This document shows positions 10,401 through 21,309 of a stretch of DNA of 64,000 nucleotides, one piece after another (position 1 is the stretch's first letter; each line of letters begins with the position of its first letter). This DNA comes from Marsupella aquatica (lineage: Eukaryota > Plantae > Marchantiophyta). The stretch spans positions 23,518,600-23,582,599 of the forward strand of contig OZ316896.1 in NCBI GenBank assembly GCA_973895155.1, read 5' to 3'. The notes under the pieces are model-generated. The model was not told the DNA's origin. It saw only the letters and a list, made by a program, of their open reading frames with translations, and made no database searches. The position numbers and the translations under genes are program-made.

Positions 10401-11238
10401 CTGGTGCAATTCAGCTGCGGGCAGTGCAAGTGCTGTGCGATTCAAGTTGCGCTTGTGCGATTTAGTAGTTGTTGAGAGAAACTTGCTCTAAAAATGACAT
10501 CAAAGAGGAAACAACCTGCTCCCTCTCCTTCATTGTCTGGTCGACAGACCAGATCAAAGACTGGAGACAACACCAGTAGTGGTCGGGAAACTCACACAAT
10601 GAAGAAGCTGGAGCCGAAGGTTCTCAACTTTGAAAATGTGTCTGCTGAGCGTTTGAACAAGGGTGCTTTTGAAGGGATTGTTGGGGAGTACCTGGTTTCA
10701 TTTGGAGCTGAACCAAACGGTAAGCCCAGAGAGCCACCTCGGATTTCGCTATGCCGTTTGATGACCATGGAGGCAGTTCGGACTCTCCAACAGAGCTCCA
10801 TCCTCAAGATGAAGAAGGACTTGGTGAAGAATGGGTATGTGGATAAGTTTTTAGAATTCCACATATCAGAGACCGATGCACATAACGCCACCCATTTGAT
10901 GTCTGAATTTTCCGCGGATTGGGACCCTCTATGGGAACAAGCTAACGCTAAATTTGAGATGGAATGTGATGAGTACAAGGAGTTTCACGTTTTGAAGGGG
11001 AAGATGTTTTGGGTGTTTGATGGGAATCATCGCCTCAATGCGTGGAGACAAGTGGCTGAAGAGTATACTCACAAGGAAAAGTACCATCCTTGCGTGAGGT
11101 TCTCTCTTCTACAGCCTGGAAAATAAGGATTCAGGAAGATTTAGCAGGCAATGCACGGCCTGAATGCATAAGTTTCCGCCACCTTGGTTTTTGGTTGTTC
11201 TTGTATTTGTTGTTCTTTTGCACCTAGACAGACAATGC

Positions 11239-11518
11239 TATCTTGGAGAGGCTCTCCGAGATAGATAGATACATACATAGAATGTTTGGCCCTAAAATGC
11301 TATCTCGGAGAGGCTCTCTGAGATAGATAGGTAGATACATAGAAAGATAGATAGAACAGCGATGCCTTCTCGGAGAGGTTCTTCGAGATAGGTAAGATTG
11401 ATCATATCTCGGAGAGCCTCTCTGAGATATCACTGCATTCTCAAACAGCGATGCCTTCTCCGAGAGCCTCTCTGAGATAGTTAAGATTGATCCCTTCTTG
11501 GAGAGCCTCTCCGAGATA
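11239..11518. repeat. Intronic cluster of 6 ATCTCGGAGAGNCTCTCCGAGAT palindromes
   Basis: Copies near 11239, 11301, 11368, 11406, 11457, 11496. Confidence 0.88.
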
Positions 11519-12930
11519 TCATTGCCTTCTCCAACCTCAAATTGCTTTCCGATAGCCTTTGACGGCAGCGTGTGTCGCTTCTTTTACGTAGGATAAGTGC
11601 CAACGTTGTGCAGACATCTTGGTTGACCGATGCAGATAGGGTGAAGAAGTTGTTAATGACACCATTGGAGGAGTATCAGACATTGCTTCATCCGGATGGT
11701 TATGCTAGATTCTTTTCAGCGAGAAGCCATGGGCATGGAAAGACATGGTACAGCAAGTGCACGACAAAGGATGTTGCTATGTACAATCATCATGTCTTGG
11801 AATAATATTGAAGATAGGAGGATTTGTCTTGCTAAGGAGATGGCAGCAGATGCCGCAGTTGGCCAAACCTGGAGTGAGGAGAAGTTCCAGAAGGAGACCG
11901 CACTCATGACGAGTGAAGCTTGTAAGTCTTGGGAGGGCAAAATGCAGAAGTTTGCTCAGATTGTCAATCCAGCAAATGGAGAGGAATTTTTGGAGATAGC
12001 CGAGGAGCTGCACCAGTTGCAGAGTAAACAGAAAGATCGCCCACAAGTGCAAGTTGGGTTGGATCAAGCAAATTGTTTGCAAGTGCGATCATGCCTGCTG
12101 AGTGTTGAAACAAGTTAATCCGCGTTCATTTCTCAACCGCAGAGGAGAAGAAGCGACACCACCATCCAGATGTATATGGGTTAAAGTGATCGATTCAGCA
12201 GTGAGAGCCTGGTTGCTAGTGTGGTCAATGTGGTGTTACATTGCCCATGTTAGCAGTTTGATCATGTCAGAGTTTGCCGAGAGTGCATATGATTCTGGTG
12301 AGTGGCAGAATTTCAATGGAAGTAAAGACGAGTTTGTTGAACTTCACAGAAGATGTACAAGCAATTTGTACAGACTCGGTCCTATGAAGAGGGCAAGAAG
12401 ATGTGGAATCCAGCAAAGCAAAGCAAAGATGTGTGGAGGAAGTGTACAAAGAGGTGTGTGGTTAGATATTTACTTCATCATGAGAGCATGGGAGCCTCCA
12501 CTTTCAAAGTGTTACCAAGTGCTCTGACTGCATGGATGTCCGAGAAAGGCCCTCTGTCAATGTATCTAGTAGATGGGCTGAAGCCAGCAGCGAGAGTCTT
12601 TTCTGACTGGGAGAGACAAATTTGTCCATGGTTCATGGAGTTCAATGATTGGAACGAGTTCATTACACCTGAAGAGAAGGATGCCGCCAACCTCCTAAAG
12701 GAGGGGAAGCTACCAGCCGACCTTTTTGTGCCTTCAAAGTTGGCAGATCTTGCGCAGTCGACGAAGGCTGCATTGGAGTTGGAGGCCATTTTGCCTCTTG
12801 GAGAACCAGAGTATGATGGGAAGAAGGTTTGGGGGAAGAAAGATAAGGAATCAGAAGACACCACCTCCGAACAAGGCACTCCCGGTAAGGTTTACACCCT
12901 GGCTTTCATTTTGCATTGTAAATCTTACCT

Positions 12931-12953
12931 ATCTCGGAGAGGCTCTCCGAGAT
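12931..12953. repeat. Single perfect 23-bp palindrome in the second intron
   Basis: ATCTCGGAGAG-G-CTCTCCGAGAT. Confidence 0.9.
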
Positions 12954-13898
12954 AGTATCATTGTAAAATGTATACTCAACTCAATTTGTTCTGCAGAAAA
13001 AAGTAAAGAAAAGATTGGAACCCCAGGGTCTACCTCAAGAAAACGTCATCCGATGGATGAGAAGATGGAGGAGCACAAGGAGACCGGGGACAATGGAGAG
13101 GAGGATGAGATGGCCACCGGGGACAATGCAGAGGATCATGAGGAGGAGGAGGAGGCTGACCTTTCAACCCCAAGCGGGACCCCGAGCGGGACCCCAAGCA
13201 AACCACAAATCTCTGGTAAGCCAACCAGTCGGCCAAAGAAGAAAGTTGAGAAGAGAACAGAAGAGCCCACAAAGAAGCCAGTTTCAACAGAAGCCCCGCT
13301 TCTTCTGGAGGATGATCTTTGCGAGATTCTTGGAGTATCTCGGCCCTCTCATGCTATTACATCTGCTCTCCGATTTTGCCATGCAAAAGAGCATATGACC
13401 TTACTAGAGTGTTCTTCTTGGTTGAAGGACAAATAGGAGCCAACCACGGGAAAGTTGCCTCTCCCTCCATTCATGAGGGAATTTCGAGGCTCGTGTAAGA
13501 AATTGAAGTTGGCTGGCTTGCGAAAACAAGGTTGGATAGTTGATGGTGTACCTAAGGGCCATGGTTGTGATATGATCTTTCTTCAGCTAGGGACAAATTA
13601 TCGCCTAGCACAGGCTGAAAATAATGTTCCAATGTGGAATAGATTTTGGCTCAGTGACCTAGAGGTGGCGACGACATTGGCATACTCTCTACTCACAAAC
13701 GACAGGATCATGTGCATCGTGCATGGTGGTTCATTTGTCCACACAGGCAAAATCTTTGAGTACCTTCACATTGACTGGGCTGAGAAGTTGGATCACATTG
13801 ACTCATTCACAATTTGGAATGACACGCCTTGCTACATGGCATCAAGCAAAAAAGCTGTTACAAGTTCTTAAATATTTTGGCATTTATCAGTAGAAGTC

Positions 13899-14122
13899 AT
13901 CTCGGAGAGGCTCTCCGAGATGGTTTAAAAATGTGTCCGCAATTGCCATCTCGGATACCCTCTCCCAGATAGGTAAGATTGATCTCGGAGAGGCTCTCCG
14001 AGATAGGTAGGATCAATCTCGGAGAGCCTATCCCAAATCCTACCTATCTCGGAGAGCCTCTCCAAGATAGGGAAGATCCATCTCGGAGAGCTTCTCTGAG
14101 ATAGGTAGCTTGGATCTTGGAG
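13899..14122. repeat. Palindrome array, left part (about 34-bp period), interrupted by the solo LTR
   Basis: Copies near 13899, 13948, 13982, 14017, 14046, 14080 and a split copy at 14114. Confidence 0.9.
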
Positions 14123-17100
14123 TGTGATGCCTAGCCAGGAGTCACTGGGCTAGTTTAAAGTGGAAAAAGGAAGTGTACCCTAGAAACACCTTAGTATAGT
14201 TACAAAAATAAGGAAAATATAAACAATTAAGGGTGACTATGGAACCCGAGCCGAGGCCGGAAGTAAGGACGCCAGGGGAGAGAACCCGATTAGGGTTAGG
14301 GCACGCTAAGTGCCGGCGGCTAGGGGTCACCAACGGGAGAAAAACGCCAAGGAGGAGAGGGGTAAGGACCGCTCGCGAGGAGTAGTGGCTCATTTGCAGG
14401 CACGAACTGGGCAGACGACTACGGGCAGCCAACTACTGTCAACTGCTTAGGCAAGCACTCAGGGTGGGAACAAATACCGACTATCAACTTGAGAAGGGTA
14501 TGAGCAACGTTAATCAAGCGGCACATTTTTGGGGATGCCTGTTCGAACGGGCAACTGAGTACATTGGGACTTACGAGGACGAAGAATCGGAGAGAGCAGC
14601 TCGAGAACGGCAGGAGCTCGCTCGATTGTGGGAGTTGCAGAAAGCTGCCTTCTTAGGAGGGGAACTCATCAAGGCCGAATTCTTGTGGACTCCTACTGGT
14701 AACGAGCTAGACGACCTGCTGTTTTGCGAAGACAGAGTCGAGGGCATCCGCGAAGCCATCAAACACTGCAACGACATACACTGGGAGTTGAAGGGTAGCA
14801 TGGAGGGGTGGACAAAGGCAACCGTGCTAGGAGAGACATCCACGGCAGCCGAGATGAAGAGAAAGGGAAACAACAACGAAGAGGCCACCCCGGCAAAAAG
14901 AATGAGGTCGGCGGCACCAAAGAGGCCAGCCGAACAGCAGAGCAGGAGGTAGAGAGAAGCCGAGGAGGAGGAGGTCGACCCCATCAACGCCGTTCCAACA
15001 AGAGATGACACCTGGAAAGGCTGGGCGGCGATCCTCCCCGAGGAGGTTCAATTACACTTTGCAAGGGAGGAGGATGCATGCTTTACGGCTATGCAGACTC
15101 GGAAATATCAGGGCTTCATGGCCGGATCCGGCTTGGAGGCCTTCGTAAGGTTACCGTGGCTGAAGCCGGAGGTGCTGAATTCAGACTTACTGGAATTCGT
15201 GGGATCATGGGAGTCCGAGACCAATTCCACAAGGGTGTATGGGAAGGATTTCTATCTCACTCCCTAGGTGATTGCCGAAGTGTTTGGCTTGCCAATGGGC
15301 AATAAGACCAAGGTAGATACCAGGAAGACCTTGCCAGACACGGAGTTCAGGTCGTTTCCAGGGCCTTCAACAAAGAATGGCTTCTTCCGTAACACTTGCA
15401 CCAACCCGCATATAGGAGAGATGATCAATTTCTTGCGGGTAACCATGCATTGCAACTGGCCGAGGGCAGAGATCGGCAAGGCACAGGTCTATCTGGCAGA
15501 GAGGCCAGACCCAAGCCGGGACTACAACGGTTACCTCCTCACTCAACTAAAGAAGATCTTGAAGGAGGAACAGTTGGTGATCGACAAGGGAAGCGTGTCC
15601 CGGCTTGGCTATCACATGCCGCTATTGTGCCGGTATGCCCGAAGTAAGACCTTTGCCCCGGTACTTCCCCTACAGGCAAGGGCACCAGAGGAGGTTCCGG
15701 AATAGAGGCCGGCAACGGAGAAACCCAACCCACCCGACAGTCCTACAATCGAGCAGGTGTTTAGGCCAAGTACGGAGGACTTGCCGATGCAGCAACCAGG
15801 CATGCAGAATCTGCTGAAATTGCTGGAGAAGGAAAAGAGAACGGCAACGACAACGACAATAATACAGGACACTGCTGCAGAGGTAGGCCTAAACCGGCTT
15901 ACAAGGGAAAACCCCTTTATCGGAGTCAAGGAGAGAAAGAGGCCGGAACACGAGCCGGGAGTCCGGATGTATGTAGGAGCCTCTAGTCCTGAAGCCGAGG
16001 AGAAGCAGGCTGTAGCTTCCTACCACGACAAGGAGAACAAGAGATCAACACGGAAGCCGGAGGAAGAACCAAGACCGGCAAGAGGTGAAGCCGTGTTTAC
16101 GACAAAACCAGGAGAACAGCGGGAGAAGCCGGTAGTCCAAGCTGAGGAGGAGGCGGTGGAGGACTACAGCAATGATAACTCCGGCTACGGGTTGAATCAT
16201 CATGTTCCAGGAGTAAGGACCTGTGGCCGGTTCATCCCCACACTCCCAAGAGTAGTCCGAGGGGACCCGAGCCAGTAGAGCAGCCCTGAGTCTCCCCCAC
16301 CAGATGTCGCTCCCCCGAGCTTTGACGGCATAAAACAGACGGCGCAGGAATTTCAGGAGCGAATCAGGGAGGAAGAAGAGGCAGCCCTGGCTAGGGAGAA
16401 GGATTTACCGGGAGGAGAATGGCCAGAGAACATTAGGCGGCTTGCAGAAAAATGAAGCAACACTCCAGCCACAATAGAAGAAATCCGCAAGGCGGCTTGG
16501 GAACAAAGGCCGCGGTGGATGATGCCGATGACTTCTACTTCCTCCACCTATGCTAAAGATAGAGCCATGGAGTACGGAGAGATGTGTGGAGAGCTGGCAC
16601 TCAGCATCTTTGGGGAGGAGTTGGAGCAGGGACCCTTTTTCCAGAGGGAGATGTTGGAGAAGCGCCAATTAGAAGAAGCGGTGGCTTTGGAAAGAAGCAA
16701 GAAGGACGAGGTCATCCGTCGGCTTAGGGCAAGAGAAGCCGAAATCAAAGACCTGAGGGCGGCCAGGAAAGCCCAAGATGAGCTGCGGATTAAGCGGCAT
16801 GAGCTAAATATCATGCAAGGCCAATTGGATACCGCACAATCAGACAACCGGATTATCGAGAATAAACTGACTCGAACCTTAGATGAGTTGACCGATGCGA
16901 TCAAGGAGCGGGAGAAGTGGAAGCGAGAGCTGAGGAATGCAGAGGAGGCCCACATAATAGCCAACAACCGGGCCATGGCGGAGACCCAAAGAAGGGAATG
17001 GGCGTTGAAGGGGGAGCTCGAGAATATCCACGGAGCCCTTGAGCAGAAGGAGGCCGAGTTAGGGAAATCCTATCAAGGGATTATTGCGCTGCAGCAGGAG

Positions 17101-18890
17101 CTTGCGTCCCTGACGGCCAGCTTCAAGGCCGACCTACGGGAGAAGGACGACCAGCTCGACCAGACTTATGCCAAGATGAATAAAATGGAGTCTGAGGTCG
17201 TAACGGAGCTCGACAAAGAGCTAAGAGCAACCCAGGAGGAGAGGGCTACCTTCAAGAAGGAATTGGAGGAAGCCCACAGGGAGCTAGAAGAAGTCCAGAA
17301 AGAGCTGGAGGAGGCACGCAAGGACCTGGACGAAGTGCAAGAAGAGTTGGAGGAAAGCACGCGGAAGCTAGAGAACTTACAACGGCGAGCCGACAACCAA
17401 ACGGAGCGGCTGAAGAAACAAGCCGCAATATTTAAGTGCTTGGCTTCATCAAGCCCAACTCCAATTGGGGCAACCAAGTTACCAGGAGTGGTACTGGCCG
17501 AAGGACAAGCCGCGCCACTTGCACCAGTGCCGGAGGTAAGTGGGAAGGGGAAGGGACCAGCTGCCGAACCAGAAAAGAAGAAGAAGCGGAAACCTTTAGG
17601 GTCAAGGAGTAATACGGCTCCACAAGCCATGGTGACCAAAGAGGTAAAACCAGCACCAACCTCAGGCAGGGTCACGGCAGAGGATCCAACTACCCTAGAA
17701 GGAGGGGATGGCAAAGCCGAGGCCAGGATACTCGGTAGTGAAGCCGAGGTACCGAATCCGCCACTTGAGTGTGCAGGGGAGGCCGTAGCCGATGCTGAGG
17801 CCGTAGTCGAGGAGGCCGAAGCCGAGGGTGGACCCAGTCAGGCCGATGGAGAGTTGACTCAGTCCAGGGCAGGTAATCTGTCAGAGAACGTACCTATGGC
17901 AGTGGCTGAGGAGGAAGCGTTGGGGGCGTCCACTGGGGAACAGACACCGCTACCATGACGGTGGTGGAGGGCCGCTCCTTTCAAGGAGGGCGGACGTGGA
18001 GGGAGGAGGCGTGAGTGGGCAGGGCGGGCGCAGATCTCTAAGTTTAGGATTAGGATCAGGGCCAGGAGGCGGCCCTGACACTTAGCTTAGTGGGATTGCG
18101 GTCCCACTGGTAAGAGCAACACTTGTACTCCTGCCTCACTGTACATAGGTAGATTCAGTTAGGTAGATTCAGTTAGGTAGATTCAGTTAGGTAGATTAGG
18201 CTTACGCTGCAAAGAATTAGGCGGATCCGCGCCAGGATAAGTACCTGGGCCGCGGGGAGCTCAGGGCCTCTTCTTTAGCAAGTTTTTAGTTGCACCAGCC
18301 GGGCTGGGATCAAGTAGTACGAGAAGCTCTCGGTTAGTCATACAGTGACCCTTGTGTATATTCATGTTTCCTCATGCCTAAGAGCTGAATAGAGTTGGCC
18401 TCACGGCTTAGTTCGTAGAGCTTGTGTATGAGATGTACTGTTTGTATGGCAAGTGCATGGTATGACTCAGTCAGAAGGAGTTATTTTGCTATTTGTGTGT
18501 CGCATTAACTTGTGTGAAGAGTGCCCACATCAACTAATAGATGAAGGAAAGTAAGCAAGGGAGAGAGAGTTGGATGTGTCGAGCTAAGAGAGGTCTTAGC
18601 GGCTTAACCAAGCCTATTGGGGATCATTCCGGCGGCAGAATCCAAATATACCTAACCAGAAGGAGGGGAAGACAAGGGAAGGCCTAGATTAGGCCGGCTA
18701 CGTATCTCATGACCCGATGAAGGATCTGTCCAGTATATGTGTGTAAAATGTTAATAGTAGTAGTAGAAGGAGGTTAGCAGTGTCCCATGCCGCTAAGCCG
18801 CGAAAACGGCCTCACCAAGCGCGAAACCTGCGGGAATCGGCTTGTGCAGGGGGGGTTTCTTGGGTTTAGGGAGCCATGGGACGCACCACA
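14123..18890 (+). mobile_element. Solo LTR (4768 bp) of the same gypsy family
   Basis: TGTGATGCC...CACCACA flanked by 5-bp TSD TGGAG (14118-14122 and 18891-18895); no PBS or gag follows. Confidence 0.95.
14239..17958 (+). pseudogene. Copy of the LTR-encoded protein with six in-frame stops and no frameshift
   Basis: ORF pieces 14464, 15268, 15757 and 16519 share one frame with ATG 14239; stops at 14383, 14950, 15265, 15703, 16276, 16453; clearly homologous to 5366-8755. Confidence 0.9.
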
Positions 18891-19101
18891 TGGAGAGCTT
18901 CTCTGAGATAGGTACCTTGGATCTCGGAGAGCCTCTCTGAGATAGACAACTTGGATCTCAAAGAGCTTCTCTGAGATAGGGAGCTTGGATCTCGGAGAGC
19001 CTCTCTAAGATAGGTTGGATCCATCTCTGAGATAGGTAGCATGAATCTTGGAGAGGCTCTCTGGGATAGGTAGCTTGGATCTCGGAGAGCCTCTCCCAGA
19101 T
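18891..19101. repeat. Palindrome array, right part
   Basis: Completes the split copy; further copies near 18921, 18955, 18989, 19045, 19079. Confidence 0.9.
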
Positions 19102-19127
19102 AGACAAATGGATTTCGTGATACAGAT

Positions 19128-20953
19128 AAGCGAGACACCGCTCTAGTATATAGTCTTTGGGGGACCCGCTCCATGGAATGCCCAGGCTTTCTGGTCTTTT
19201 TTTTGGGCTTTCTACCAGTAGTGCTCTAAAAAGACCAGTTGGCCATGAAAATAATACAAAAGAAATCAATCCTAGTGTTTATGTTGATTTGAAATCACTT
19301 GGAGCCCAGATAGTGCAGTGTTTTCAATCTCAAACTGTGCTGGCATCAATCTGAACACCATTCACCCTGCCAGTATCAATTTCTTGGCACCCAACTTAAC
19401 CCATCTCTTGTTCTTGTCAAGAACAGGATGACAACAAGTGAGATGTCACTTCCAAGAGTTTTTTTTAATTAGATCTAAACATCCTTCCTATCAAGTGATT
19501 GGTCCACTTTGGCTTTACATGAAGTTGTTGAGAGGTCACTTGTAGTGGAGTCCTCCCAATCCTACATGGACTGGAGTGGGTCCCACAAAATGATTACATG
19601 GAGCTCAGTGTAAGGTTGCCAAAGTTTGAAAGGATCTCTCTGTCTCTTCTCATGTTGTCATACAGTATCAAATGCATTACTCTACCATTGTTTTGATCAG
19701 GAGACAGTCTAAGTAAATGGACCTCTAGATCAGCTCCTCTGGAAACCTCAACCTCCAACCCTCAACCCCAACCCAAGCTCTCAACACTCCTCTGTCTCCT
19801 AAACTCTAAACCAAACCCTCAAACTTCAACACCAAGCTAAACTCTCAACAATCCTTTGTCTAATTAGTTCAAACCCTTAAATTCCAATCCCAACTTGGGG
19901 GTCTCAGTATATGGAGCCCCCTCCATCAACTGCTGCCACTCACATTTGTTCGGCATTAATGGCAGGGTAGGAATAGACACTAGCCAAAAGGGCCAGCTCT
20001 CTTCTTATGTATCCCCTCTTGAATCTGCCCACAATCTTCTCAAATTTTACTAAGTCCATGTGCTTAAAATTATTCTTTACTTGACTTGAAGTTTGAATTT
20101 AGCCCGAGAGATAAATTCTGCTTGGCCAATTTGTCCATGAAGCACCAGGCATCAGTCTTTAGGGAGTAACCACAAGGCAAAGGGGCCAACTCTCTCACGT
20201 ATCCCCTCTCCCTTCTGCACTTCACAAACTTTGCAAAATTGACAGTACAATGGTCTTAGAATTGTTCTTTATTTGACTTCGCTATAGTGTGAATTTGCGT
20301 TAGAGGGATAAATTGGGTTTGGCCAATCTGAGTCTATTGAAGCACCAGGCATTACTCACTACTTGGGCAATACAGATTGGAACAGATAGACAAATGGGGA
20401 TGAGTGAGTTCTGCTCCCGAGTCACCTTCGAACACAACCTTCAATCTGGTCACCAGTAATCGTCACAAGAGCATATGCCACCTTTGAAATGGTGAAAACG
20501 ATTGGCATCCCTGGCTATAATCTCGCGTCCAGTCACCTTCGAGATAAACTTGGTTGCGGTATGACAATCTGAACACACCCGAAGGTTCTTCCATACACGA
20601 ATTGGTTTTCCCCGAGGTATGTGCAAAAGTCCGTAAGCAATAGCCAACTTCTCACTATGAGAACAAAGAGCTAGTTCTTTATCCTCCTCATTGATATCAT
20701 GCAACACAAGTCGGGTATCCGGAATGTAGCCTTCAGCCTTCAGTGGTTCAGTCAATTTATTGAGCTCAGTATATATCGCCCTCGCTTCTGGGTGAGATTT
20801 ATCCCCTACAGCAAATTTATGGATCTTCTTATCAACTTCGATAAAGCTACGCCCTGGCTCCTTCCGAAGGCCTCTGTCTTGCATCATGGTGCGCACCAAT
20901 GACTTCTTCTGTCGCTTACCAGCTGCAGCGTAGATATTAGACAGGAGCACGTA
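19128..20953. repeat. Segmental duplication copy A of the PPR-DYW 3' region (matches 38064-39886 closely, 45283-47704 less closely)
   Basis: Near-identical sequence from AAGCGAGACACC to GGAGCACGTA. Confidence 0.92.
20450..20953 (-). pseudogene. 5'-truncated PPR gene: E2-DYW portion only
   Basis: PGRSFIEV, HSEKLA, CSDCH, DDYW; identity with the intact gene ends abruptly at 20953. Confidence 0.92.
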
Positions 20954-21258
20954 GAGCGAAAAGAACTAGAGAGCACAACGAGGCCTGCTTAAGAGAAGCA
21001 GCTACTGCTCAAATTAGATTAGGAGAATTTGGTGAGGCTCCTAGTGGGGCTTTTGGTGAAGGGGGCAATGCTGACTCTCGTACAGAAAAGCCAAGAGGTG
21101 GGCTGACCGCTCTCTTGCGAAAGAAACCAACGGTGAAGGATAGGCTGGCTCGCAGGCTACTGAATGGGCGTGTCACGGATGCAACTGTTAGTCAGCTAGC
21201 CAGGGATCAAGATGCAGCTTACCGTGAATCGTTTCCCAATCAGTGGACAATGAAGTAG
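20953..21258 (+). pseudogene. Startless 101-codon open frame, probably the terminal exon of an unrelated gene
   Basis: Manual translation RAKRTREHNEACLREAA...RKKPTVKDRLARRLLNGRV...AYRESFPNQWTMK-stop; begins at the duplication breakpoint. Confidence 0.5.
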
Positions 21259-21309
21259 TTGTCTTCATGAGTCCTTCAAAAGGTTCAAGATTATCTGTGT
21301 AGTCAACTG

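Larger units (their letters stand above)
10494..13871 (+). pseudogene. Decayed intron-containing gene: ParB/Srx-like N-terminal domain, helical middle, acidic linker, possible degenerate methyltransferase-like C-terminus; probably transposon-borne
   Basis: WVFDGNHRLNAW motif; consecutive plus-strand ORF pieces broken by stops and frameshifts; introns inferred at about 11168-11591 (donor decayed to ATAAGT, phase compatible) and 12885-12996 (GT...CAG). Confidence 0.65.

Noticed and set aside
4445-18890. Giant TIR transposon or DIRS-like element with 4.7-kb inverted repeats flanking the ParB-like gene
   Set aside because: The right repeat has its own TSD and TG...CA ends and the left has a PBS and gag; they are independent LTR insertions in opposite orientation
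11239-19101. CRISPR array (palindromic repeats with spacers)
   Set aside because: Spacers are short, related to each other and irregular; eukaryotic context; no cas genes
19128-19150. Shared transposon or Helitron terminus AAGCGAGACACC...CTAG at copies A and B
   Set aside because: AAGCGAGA looks like the last unit of the purine-rich repeat at 37670-38071, CTAG is also present in copy C, and there is no convincing hairpin
19745-19885. Interstitial telomere repeat
   Set aside because: Only degenerate C/A-rich AAACCC-like words, no run of TTTAGGG units
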